64,000 nucleotides of DNA from the human T2T-CHM13v2.0 reference genome, Homo sapiens, in NCBI RefSeq assembly GCF_009914755.1, contig NC_060941.1; one strand, written 5' to 3'. Of the stretch, positions 1-11,200 are shown one piece after another. The notes below the pieces were generated by a model that saw only the letters and a program-made list of their open reading frames with translations, ran no database searches and was not told the DNA's origin. Position 1 is the stretch's first letter. Each line of letters starts with the position of its first letter. The position numbers and the translations under genes are program-made.

Positions 1-372
1 TGCAAGTGGACATTTGGTGAGCTGTGAGGTTTGTGGTGGAAAAGGTAATATCTCCACATAAATACTAGATAGAAGCCTTCTCAGAAACTATTTTGTGATG
101 ATTGCATTCACCTCACGGAGTGGAGCATTCCTATTGACAGAGCAGTTTGGAAACACTCTTGTTGTAGAATCTGCTAGTGGAGATTTGGAGCGCTTTGAGG
201 CCTATGGTAGTAAAGGGAAGAGCTTCACATAAAATCTAGACACAAGCATTCTCAGAAAATACTTTGTGATGATTGAGTTTAACACACAGAGCTGCACATT
301 CCTTTGGATGGAGAAGGTTTGAAACACACTTTCTGTAGAATCTGCGAGTGGATATTTGGAACTCTCTGAGGA

Positions 373-389
373 TTTCGTTGGAAACGGGA
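373..389 (+). promoter_or_regulatory. CENP-B box, monomer 2 (recurs each HOR)
   Basis: TTTCGTTGGAAACGGGA, canonical 17-mer; core nTTCGnnnnAnnCGGGn complete. Broken only in H26 (C>T at 59834). Confidence 0.95.
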
Positions 390-538
390 TAACTGCACCT
401 AACTAAACGGAAGCATTCTCACAAAATTCTTTGTGATGTTTGCATTCAAATCCCAGAGTTGACCCTTCCTTTGATAGTTCAGCTTTGAAACACTCTTTTT
501 GTAGGATCTGCAAGTGGATATTTGGACCACTCTTTGGC

Positions 539-555
539 CTTCGTTCGAAACGGGT
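539..555 (+). promoter_or_regulatory. CENP-B box, monomer 3 (recurs each HOR)
   Basis: CTTCGTTCGAAACGGGT; all 9 core positions present. Confidence 0.88.
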
Positions 556-709
556 ACATCTTCAAATAAAATCTAGACAGAAGCCTTCTCAGAAACTTCT
601 CTGTGACGATTGCATTCAACTCACAGCGTTGAACCCTCCTAAGGATAGAGCAGTTTTGAATCTCTCTTTTTGTGGAATCTGCAAGTGGATATGTGGTCCT
701 CTTTGAAGA

Positions 710-726
710 TGTCTTTGGAAACGGGA
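710..726 (+). promoter_or_regulatory. Degenerate CENP-B box, monomer 4
   Basis: TGTCTTTGGAAACGGGA: TTCG replaced by GTCT throughout the array; predicted non-binding. Confidence 0.8.
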
Positions 727-1051
727 ATATCTTCAAATAAAAACTAAACAGAAGCATTCTCAGAAACTTCTCTGTGATGTTTGTGTTCAACTCACAGAGT
801 TTCACGTTGCTTTTCATACAGCAGATGAGAAACATGCTTTTCGTAGGGTCTGCAAGTGGACATTTGGAGAGATTTCAGGCCTGTGGTGGAAAACGAATTA
901 TCGTCACGTAAAAACTAGAGAGAAGCATTGTCAGAAACTTGTTTGTGATGACTGCATTCAACTCACAGAGTTGAAGGTTCCTTTTCAAACAGCAGTTTCC
1001 AAACACTCTTTCTGTGGCATCTGCAAGTGGATGTTTGGGCCTCTTTGAAGA

Positions 1052-1068
1052 TTTCGTTGGAAACGAGA
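1052..1068 (+). promoter_or_regulatory. CENP-B box position, monomer 6 (broken in H1, H3, H24; intact elsewhere)
   Basis: TTTCGTTGGAAACGAGA here (G>A at 1066, same at 5824); CGGGA in most copies; TTCA at 55747 in H24. Confidence 0.85.
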
Positions 1069-1222
1069 TACTCTTCACAGAAAAGCTAAACAGAAGCATT
1101 CTCAGAAACTTCTTTGTGATGTTTGCTTTCAACTCACAGAGTTGAACTTTCCTTTTGAGAGAGAAGCTTTGAAACACTCTTTTTCTAGAATCTGCAAGTG
1201 GATATTTGGAGGGCTTTGAGGC

Positions 1223-1239
1223 CTGTGGTGGAAAAGGAA
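1223..1239 (+). promoter_or_regulatory. pJalpha (A-type) box, monomer 7; equivalents at 202-218, 881-897, 1394-1410, 1732-1748, 2410-2426
   Basis: CTGTGGTGGAAAAGGAA at the position homologous to the CENP-B box, matching the A-monomer motif. W5-like monomers carry the CTATGGTAGTAAAGG form. Confidence 0.75.
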
Positions 1240-1564
1240 TTATCTTCCCGTAAGAACTAGATAGATGCATTCTCAGAAACTACTTTGTGACGATTGCATT
1301 CAAGTCACAGAGGTGAACATTCCCTTTCAGAGAGCACTTTGGAAACTCTCGTTGTGTAGAATCTGCAAGTGGAGATATGGACTGCTTTGAGGCCTATGGT
1401 AGTAAAGGAAACAGGTTCATATAAAAACTAGACAGCAGCATTCTCAGAAAACTCTTTGTGACGACTGAGTTTAACTCACAGGGCTGAACATTCCTTTGGA
1501 TGGAGCAGTTTGGAAACACACTATCTGTAGGATCTGCAAGCGGATACTTGGGCCTCTCTGAGGA

Positions 1565-1581
1565 TTTCGTTGGAAACGGGA
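1565..1581 (+). promoter_or_regulatory. CENP-B box, monomer 9 (intact in H1-H11 only)
   Basis: TTTCGTTGGAAACGGGA here; TTGCGTTGGAAACGGGA from 27733-27749 onward. Confidence 0.92.
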
Positions 1582-1902
1582 TAAACCGCACAGAACTAAA
1601 CAGAAGCATTCTCAGAACCTTCTTCGTGATGTTTGCATTCAACCCACAGTGTTGAACCTTTCTTTGATAGTTCAGGTTTGAAACACTCTTTTAGTAGAAA
1701 CTGCAAGTGGATAACTGCACTTCTTTGAGGCCTATCGTAGTAAAGGAAATAACTTCCTATAAAAACAAGACAGAAGCTTTCTCAGAAAATTCTCTGGGAT
1801 GATTGAGTTGAACTCACAGAGCAGTACTTTCCTTGGGATGGAGTAGTTTCGAAACACACTTTCTGTAGAATCTGCAAGTGGATATTTGGACCTGTCTGAG
1901 GA

Positions 1903-1919
1903 ATTCGTTGCAAACGGGA
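1903..1919 (+). promoter_or_regulatory. CENP-B box, monomer 11, overlapping the per-HOR EcoRI site (1901-1906)
   Basis: ATTCGTTGCAAACGGGA, core complete. GAATTC seen once per HOR, predicting ~2.4-kb EcoRI fragments. Box broken in H6 (13810) and H7 (16180). Confidence 0.85.
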
Positions 1920-2067
1920 TAATTTCAGCTAAGTAAACAGAAGCAGTCTCAGAATCTTCTTGTGATGTTTGCATTCAAATCCCAGAATTGAACCTTCCTT
2001 TGAAAGTTCAGGTTGGAAACACTCTTTTTGCAGGATCTACAAGTGGATATTCGGACCACTCTGTGGA

Positions 2068-2084
2068 CTTCGTTCGAAACGGGT
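2068..2084 (+). promoter_or_regulatory. CENP-B box, monomer 12 (lost in H25-H27)
   Basis: CTTCGTTCGAAACGGGT; CpG>TpG at 59141, 61519 and 63897. Confidence 0.88.
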
Positions 2085-2238
2085 ATATCTTCACATAACA
2101 TCTAGACAGAAGCATTCTCAGAAACTTTTCTGTGATGACTGCATTCAACTCACAGAGTTCAACACTCCTTTTGAGAGCGCAGTTTTGAAACTCTCTTTCT
2201 CTGGAATCTGCAAGGGGACATGCAGACCTCTTTGAAGG

Positions 2239-2255
2239 TTTCGTTGGAAACGGAA
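2239..2255 (+). promoter_or_regulatory. Degenerate CENP-B box, monomer 13
   Basis: TTTCGTTGGAAACGGAA: CGGG>CGGA, one core mismatch; further decayed in H4, H14, H25 and H26. Confidence 0.8.
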
Positions 2256-5200
2256 TCATCTTCACATAAAAATTACACAGAAGCATTCTCAGGAACTCCT
2301 TGGTGATGTTTGTATTCAACTTCCAGAGTTAAACTTTCCTTCGGAAAGAGCAGCTATGAAACACACTTTCTCTAGAATCTGCAAGTGGACATTGGGAGAG
2401 CTGTGAGGTTTGTGGTGGAAAAGGTAATATCTCCACATAAATACTAGATAGAAGCCTTCTCAGAAACTACTTTGTGATGATTGCATTCACCTCACGGAGT
2501 GGAGCATTCCTATTGACAGAGCAGTTTGGAAACACTCTTGTTGTAGAATCTGCTAGTGGAGATTTGGAGCGCTTTGAGGCCTATGGTAGTAAAGGGAAGA
2601 GCTTCACATAAAATCTAGACACAAGCATTCTCAGAAAATACTTTGTGATGATTGAGTTTAACACACAGAGCTGCACATTCCTTTGGATGGAGAAGGTTTG
2701 AAACACACTTTCTGTAGAATCTGCGAGTGGATATTTGGAACTCTCTGAGGATTTCGTTGGAAACGGGATAACTGCACCTAACTAAACGGAAGCATTCTCA
2801 CAAAATTCTTTGTGATGTTTGCATTCAAATCCCAGAGTTGACCCTTCCTTTGATAGTTCAGCTTTGAAACACTCTTTTTGTAGGATCTGCAAGTGGATAT
2901 TTGGACCACTCTTTGGCCTTCGTTCGAAACGGGTACATCTTCAAATAAAATCTAGACAGAAGCCTTCTCAGAAACTTCTCTGTGACGATTGCATTCAACT
3001 CACAGCGTTGAACCCTCCTATGGATAGAGCAGTTTTGAATCTCTCTTTTTGTGGAATCTGCAAGTGGATATGTGGTCCTCTTTGAAGATGTCTTTGGAAA
3101 CGGGAATATCTTCAAATAAAAACTAAACAGAAGCATTCTCAGAAACTTCTCTGTGATGTTTGTGTTCAACTCACAGAGTTTCACGTTGCTTTTCATACAG
3201 CAGATGAGAAACATGCTTTTCGTAGGGTCTGCAAGTGGACATTTGGAGAGATTTCAGGCCTGTGGTGGAAAACGAATTATCGTCACGTAAAAACTAGAGA
3301 GAAGCATTGTCAGAAACTTGTTTGTGATGACTGCATTCAACTCACAGAGTTGAAGGTTCCTTTTCAAACAGCAGTTTCCAAACACTCTTTCTGTGGCATC
3401 TGCAAGTGGATGTTTGGGCCTCTTTGAAGATTTCGTTGGAAACGGGATACTCTTCACAGAAAAGCTAAACAGAAGCATTCTCAGAAACTTCTTTGTGATG
3501 TTTGCTTTCAACTCACAGAGTTGAACTTTCCTTTTGAGAGAGAAGCTTTGAAACACTCTTTTTCTAGAATCTGCAAGTGGATATTTGCAGGGCTTTGAGG
3601 CCTGTGGTGGAAAAGTTATTATCTTCCCGTAAGAACTAGATAGATGCATTCTCAGAAACTACTTTGTGACGATTGCATTCAAGTCACGGAGGTGAACATT
3701 CCCTTTCAGAGAGCACTTTGGAAACTCTCGTTGTGTAGAATCTGCAAGTGGAGATATGGACCGCTTTGAGGCCTATGGTAGTAAAGGAAACAACTTCATA
3801 TAAAAACTAGACAGCAGCATTCTCAGAAAACTCTTTGTGACGACTGAGTTTAACTCACAGGGCTGAACATTCCTTTGGATGGAGCAGTTTGGAAACACAC
3901 TATCTGTAGGATCTGCAAGCGGATACTTGGGCCTCTCTGAGGATTTCGTTGGAAACGGGATAAACCGCACAGAACTAAACAGAAGCATTCTCAGAACCAT
4001 CTTCGTGATGTTTGCATTCAACCCACAGTGTTGAACCTTTCTTTGATAGTTCAGGTTTGAAACACTCTTTTAGTAGAAACTGCAAGTGGATAACTGCACT
4101 TCTTTGAGGCCTATCGTAGTAAAGGAAATAACTTCCTATAAAAACAAGACAGAAGCTTTCTCAGAAAATTCTCTGGGATGATTGAGTTGAACTCACAGAG
4201 CAGTACTTTCCTTGGGATGGAGTAGTTTCGAAACACACTTTCTGTAGAATCTGCAAGTGGATATTTGGACCTGTCTGAGGAATTCGTTGCAAACGGGATA
4301 ATTTCAGCTAAGTAAACAGAAGCAGTCTCAGAATCTTCTTGTGATGTTTGCATTCAAATCCCAGAATTGAACCTTCCTTTGAAAGTTCAGGTTGGAAACA
4401 CTCTTTTTGCAGGATCTACAAGTGGATATTCGGACCACTCTGTGGACTTCGTTCGAAACGGGTATATCTTCACATAACATCTAGACAGAAGCATTCTCAG
4501 AAACTTTTCTGTGATGACTGCATTCAACTCACAGAGTTCAACACTCCTTTTGAGAGCGCAGTTTTGAAACTCTCTTTCTCTGGAATCTGCAAGGGGACAT
4601 GCAGACCTCTTTGAAGGTTTCGTTGGAAACGGAATCATCTTCACATAAAAATTACACAGAAGCATTCTCAGGAACTCCTTGGTGATGTTTGTATTCAACT
4701 TCCAGAGTTGAACTTTCCTTCGGAAAGAGCAGCTATGAAACACACTTTCTCTAGAATCTGCAAGTGGACATTTGGTGAGCTGTGAGGTTTGTGGTGGAAA
4801 AGGTAATATCTCCACATAAATACTAGATAGAAGCCTTCTCAGAAACTATTTTGTGATGATTGCATTCACCTCACGGAGTGGAGCATTCCTATTGACAGAG
4901 CAGTTTGGAAACACTCTTGTTGTAGAATCTGCTAGTGGAGATTTGGAGCGCTTTGAGGCCTATGGTAGTAAAGGGAAGAGCTTCACATAAAATCTAGACA
5001 CAAGCATTCTCAGAAAATACTTTGTGATGATTGAGTTTAACACACAGAGCTGCACATTCCTTTGGATGGAGAAGGTTTGAAACACACTTTCTGTAGAATC
5101 TGCGAGTGGATATTTGGAACTCTCTGAGGATTTCGTTGGAAACGGGATAACTGCACCTAACTAAACGGAAGCATTCTCACAAAATTCTTTGTGATGTTTG

Positions 5201-8200
5201 CATTCAAATCCCAGAGTTGACCCTTCCTTTGATAGTTCAGCTTTGAAACACTCTTTTTGTAGGATCTGCAAGTGGATATTTGGACCACTCTTTGGCCTTC
5301 GTTCGAAACGGGTACATCTTCAAATAAAATCTAGACAGAAGCCTTCTCAGAAACTTCTCTGTGACGATTGCATTCAACTCACAGCGTTGAACCCTCCTAA
5401 GGATAGAGCAGTTTTGAATCTCTCTTTTTGTGGAATCTGCAAGTGGATATGTGGTCCTCTTTGAAGATGTCTTTGGAAACGGGAATATCTTCAAATAAAA
5501 ACTAAACAGAAGCATTCTCAGAAACTTCTCTGTGATGTTTGTGTTCAACTCACAGAGTTTCACGTTGCTTTTCATACAGCAGATGAGAAACATGCTTTTC
5601 GTAGGGTCTGCAAGTGGACATTTGGAGAGATTTCAGGCCTGTGGTGGAAAACGAATTATCGTCACGTAAAAACTAGAGAGAAGCATTGTCAGAAACTTGT
5701 TTGTGATGACTGCATTCAACTCACAGAGTTGAAGGTTCCTTTTCAAACAGCAGTTTCCAAACACTCTTTCTGTGGCATCTGCAAGTGGATGTTTGGGCCT
5801 CTTTGAAGATTTCGTTGGAAACGAGATACTCTTCACAGAAAAGCTAAACAGAAGCATTCTCAGAAACTTCTTTGTGATGTTTGCTTTCAACTCACAGAGT
5901 TGAACTTTCCTTTTGAGAGAGAAGCTTTGAAACACTCTTTTTCTAGAATCTGCAAGTGGATATTTGCAGGGCTTTGAGGCCTGTGGTGGAAAAGGAATTA
6001 TCTTCCCGTAAGAACTAGATAGATGCATTCTCAGAAACTACTTTGTGACGATTGCATTCAAGTCACGGAGGTGAACATTCCCTTTCAGAGAGCACTTTGG
6101 AAACTCTCGTTGTGTAGAATCTGCAAGTGGAGATATGGACCGCTTTGAGGCCTATGGTAGTAAAGGAAACAACTTCATATAAAAACTAGACAGCAGCATT
6201 CTCAGAAAACTCTTTGTGACGACTGAGTTTAACTCACAGGGCTGAACATTCCTTTGGATGGAGCAGTTTGGAAACACACTATCTGTAGGATCTGCAAGCG
6301 GATACTTGGGCCTCTCTGAGGATTTCGTTGGAAACGGGATAAACCGCACAGAACTAAACAGAAGCATTCTCAGAACCTTCTTCGTGATGTTTGCATTCAA
6401 CCCACAGTGTTGAACCTTTCTTTGATAGTTCAGGTTTGAAACACTCTTTTTGTAGAAACTGCAAGTGGATAACTGCACTTCTTTGAGGCCTATCGTAGTA
6501 AAGGAAATAACTTCCTATAAAAACAAGACAGAAGCTTTCTCAGAAAATTCTCTGGGATGATTGAGTTGAACTCACAGAGCAGTACTTACCTTGGGATGGA
6601 GTAGTTTCGAAACACACTTTCTGTAGAATCTGCAAGTGGATATTTGGACCTGTCTGAGGAATTCGTTGCAAACGGGATAATTTCAGCTAAGTAAACAGAA
6701 GCAGTCTCAGAATCTTCCTGTGATGTTTGCATTCAAATCCCAGAATTGAACCTTCCTTTGAAAGTTCAGGTTGGAAACACTCTTTTTGCAGGATCTACAA
6801 GTGGATATTCGGACCACTCTGTGGACTTCGTTCGAAACGGGTATATCTTCACATAACATCTAGACAGAAGCATTCACAGAAACTTTTCTGTGATGACTGC
6901 ATTCAACTCACAGAGTTCAACACTCCTTTTGAGAGCGCAGTTTGGAAACTCTCTTTCTCTGGAATCTGCAAGTGGACATGCAGACCTCTTTGAAGGTTTC
7001 GTTGGAAACGGAATCATCTTCACATAAAAATTACACAGAAGCATTCTCAGGAACTCCTTGGTGATGTTTGTATTCAACTTCCAGAGTTGAACTTTCCTTC
7101 GGAAAGAGCAGCTATGAAACACTCTTTTTCTAGAATCTGCAAGTGGACATTGGGAGGGCTGTGAGGTTTGTGGTGGAAAAGGAAATATCTCCACATAAAT
7201 ACTAGATAGAAGCCTTCTCAGAAACTACTTTGTGATGATTGCATTCACCTCACGGAGTGGAGCATTCCTATTGACAGAGCAGTTTGGAAACACTCTTGTT
7301 GTAGAATCTGCTAGTGGAGATTTGGAGCGCTTTGAGGCCTCTGGTAGTAAAGGGAAGAGCTTCACATAAAATCTAGACACAAGCATTCTCAGAAAATACT
7401 TTGTGATGATTGAGTTTAACACACAGAGCTGCACATTCCTTTGGATGGAGAAGGTTTGAAACACACTTTCTGTAGAATCTGCGAGTGGATATTTGGAACT
7501 CTCTGAGGATTTCGTTGGAAACGGGATAACTGCACCTAACTAAACGGAAGCATTCTCACAAAATTCTTTGTGATGTTTGCATTCAAATCCCAGAGTTGAC
7601 CCTTCCTTTGATAGTTCAGCTTTGAAACACTCTTTTTGTAGGATCTGCAAGTGGATATTTGGACCACTCTTTGGCCTTCGTTCGAAACGGGTACATCTTC
7701 AAATAAAATCTAGACAGAAGCCTTCTCAGAAACTTCTCTGTGACGATTGCATTCAACTCACAGCGTTGAACCCTCCTATGGATAGAGCAGTTTTGAATCT
7801 CTCTTTTTGTGGAATCTGCAAGTGGATATGTGGTCCTCTTTGAAGATGTCTTTGGAAACGGGAATATCTTCACATAAAAACTAAACAGAAGCATTCTCAG
7901 AAACTTCTCTGTGATGTTTGTGTTCAACTCACAGAGTTTCACGTTGCTTTTCATAGAGCAGATGAGAAACATGCTTTTCGTAGGGTCTGCAAGTGGACAT
8001 TTGGAGAGATTTCAGGCCTGTGGTGGAAAACGAATTATCGTCACGTAAAAACTAGAGAGAAGCATTGTCAGAAACTTGTTTGTGATGACTGCATTCAACT
8101 CACAGAGTTGAAGGTTCCTTTCCAAACAGCAGTTTCCAAACACTCTTTCTGTGGCATCTGCAAGTGGATGTTTGGGCCTCTTTGAAGATTTCGTTGGAAA

Positions 8201-11200
8201 CGGGATACTCTTCACAGAAAAGCTAAACAGAAGCATTCTCAGAAACTTCTTTGTGATGTTTGCTTTCAACTCACAGAGTTGAACTTTCCTTTTGAGAGAG
8301 AAGCTTTGAAACACTCTTTTTCTAGAATCTGCAAGTGGATATTTGGAGGGCTTTGAGGCCTGAGGTGGAAAAGGAATTATCTTCCCGTAAGAACTAGATA
8401 GATGCATTCTCAGAAACTACTTTGTGACGATTGCATTCAAGTCACAGAGGTGAACATTCCCTTTCAGAGAGCGCTTTGGAAACTCTCGTTGTGTAGAATC
8501 TGCAAGTGGAGATATGGACCGCTTTGAGGCCTATGGTAGTAAAGGAAACAGCTTCATATAAAAACTAGACAGCAGCATTCTCAGAAAACTCTTTGTGACG
8601 ACTGAGTTTAACTCACAGGGCTGAACATTCCTTTGGATGGAGCAGTTTGGAAACACACTATCTGTAGGATCTGCAAGCGGATACTTGGGCCTCTCTGAGG
8701 ATTTCGTTGGAAACGGGATAAACCGCACAGAACTAAACAGAAGCATTCTCAGAACCTTCTTCGTGATGTTTGCATTCAACCCACAGTGTTGAACCTTTCT
8801 TTGATAGTTCAGGTTTGAAACACTCTTTAGTAGAAACTGCAAGTGGATAACTGCACTTCTTTGAGGCCTATCGTAGTAAAGGAAATAACTTCCTATAAAA
8901 ACAAGACAGAAGCTTTCTCAGAAAATTCTCTGGGATGATTGAGTTGAACTCACAGAGCACTACTTTCCTTGGGATGGAGTAGTTTCGAAACACACTTTCT
9001 GTAGAATCTGCAAGTGGGTATTTGGACCTGTCTGAGGAATTCGTTGCAAACGGGATAATTTCAGCTAAGTAAACAGAAGCAGTCTCAGAATCTTCCTGTG
9101 ATGTTTGCATTCAAATCCCAGAATTGAACCTTCCTTTGAAAGTTCAGGTTGGAAACACTCTTTTTGCAGGATCTACAAGTGGATATTCGGACCACTCTGT
9201 GGACTTCGTTCGAAACGGGTATATCTTCACATAACATCTAGACAGAAGCATTCTCAGAAACTTTTCTGTGATGACTGCATTCAACTCACAGAGTTGAACA
9301 CTCCTTTTGAGAGCGCAGTTTGGAAACTCTCTTTCTCTGGAATCTGCAAGGGGACATGCAGACCTCTTTGAAGGTTTCATTGGAAACGGAATCATCTTCA
9401 CATAAAAATTACACAGAAGCATTCTCAGGAACTCCTTGGTGATGTTTGTATTCAACTTCCAGAGTTGAACTTTCCTTCGGAAAGAACAGCTATGAAACAC
9501 TCTTTTTTTAGAATCTGCAAGTGGACATTGGGAGGGCTGTGAGGTTTGTGGTGGAAAAGGAAATATCTCCACATAAATACTAGATAGAAGCCTTCTCAGA
9601 AACTACTTTGTGATGATTGCATTCACCTCACGGAGTGGAGCATTCCTATTGACAGAGCAGTTTGGAAACACTCTTGTTGTAGAATCTGCTAGTGGAGATT
9701 TGGAGCGCTTTGAGGCCTATGGTAGTAAAGGGAAGAGCTTCACATAAAATCTAGACACAAGCATTCTCAGAAAATACTTTGTGATGATTGAGTTTAACAC
9801 ACAGAGCTGCACATTCCTTTGGATGGAGAAGGTTTGAAACACACTTTCTGTAGAATCTGCGAGTGGATATTTGGAACTCTCTGAGGATTTCGTTGGAAAC
9901 GGGATAACTGCACCTAACTAAACGGAAGCATTCTCACAAAATTCTTTGTGATGTTTGCATTCAAATCCCAGAGTTGACCCTTCCTTTGATAGTTCAGCTT
10001 TGAAACACTCTTTTTGTAGGATCTGCAAGTGGATATTTGGACCACTCTTTGGCCTTCGTTCGAAACGGGTACATCTTCAAATAAAATCTAGACAGAAGCC
10101 TTCTCAGAAACTTCTCTGTGACGATTGCATTCAACTCACAGCGTTGAACCCTCCTATGGATAGAGCAGTTTTGAATCTCTCTTTTTGTGGAATCTGCAAG
10201 TGGATATGTGGTCCTCTTTGAAGATGTCTTTGGAAACGGGAATATCTTCACATAAAAACTAAACAGAAGCATTCTCAGAAACTTCTCTGTGATGTTTGTG
10301 TTCAACTCACAGAGTTTCACGTTGCTTTTCATAGAGCAGATGAGAAACATGCTTTTCGTAGGGTCTGCAAGTGGACATTTGGAGAGATTTCAGGCCTGTG
10401 GTGGAAAACGTATTATCGTCACGTAAAAACTAGAGAGAAGCATTGTCAGAAACTTGTTTGTGATGACTGCATTCAACTCACAGAGTTGAAGGTTCCTTTT
10501 CAAACAGCAGTTTCCAAACACTCTTTCTGTGGCATCTGCAAGTGGATGTTTGGGCCTCTTTGAAGATTTCGTTGGAAACGGGATACTCTTCACAGAAAAG
10601 CTAAACAGAAGCATTCTCAGAAACTTCTTTGTGATGTTTGCTTTCAACTCACAGAGTTGAACTTTCCTTTTCAGAGAGAAGCTTTGAAACACTCTTTTTC
10701 TAGAATCTGCAAGTGGATATTTGGAGGGCTTTGAGGCCTGTGGTGGAAAAGGAATTATCTTCCCGTAAGAACTAGATAGATGCATTCTCAGAAACTACTT
10801 TGTGACGATTGCATTCAAGTCACAGAGGTGAACATTCCCTTTCAGAGAGCACTTTGGAAACTCTCGTTGTGTAGAATCTGCAAGTGGAGATATGGACTGC
10901 TTTGAGGCCTATGGTAGTAAAGGAAACAGCTTCATATAAAAACTAGACAGCAGCATTCTCAGAAAACTCTTTGTGACGACTGAGTTTAACTCACAGGGCT
11001 GAACATTCCTTTGGATGGAGCAGTTTGGAAACACACTATCTGTAGGATCTGCAAGCGGATACTTGGGCCTCTCTGAGGATTTCGTTGGAAACGGGATAAA
11101 CCGCACAGAACTAAACAGAAGCATTCTCAGAACCTTCTTCGTGATGTTTGCATTCAACCCACAGTGTTGAACCTTTCTTTGATAGTTCAGGTTTGAAACA

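Larger units (their letters stand above)
76..2454 (+). repeat. Reference HOR unit H1: 14 monomers
   Basis: Monomer starts 76, 247, 414, 584, 755, 926, 1097, 1268, 1439, 1607, 1777, 1944, 2113, 2284. Lengths 171, 167, 170, 171, 171, 171, 171, 171, 168, 170, 167, 169, 171, 171 sum to 2379. Box pattern A B B b A B A A B A B B b A (b = degenerate B) fits the SF3 pentamer (W1-W3 B-type, W4-W5 A-type) with an extra W3-W4 dimer. Confidence 0.95.

Noticed and set aside
1419-1428. TATA-like ATATAAAA / CTATAAAA motifs in m8 and m10
   Set aside because: These are ordinary variants of the alphoid CATAAAAACTAGA segment; nothing in the sequence supports promoter function.
76-2454. Assignment to canonical D17Z1 16-mer, DXZ1 12-mer, D11Z1 5-mer or chr1 11-mer
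   Set aside because: The period is uniformly 14 monomers; those SF3 arrays have other unit sizes. The exact choice between D17Z1-B, -C and a D17Z1 variant needs an HMM or alignment.
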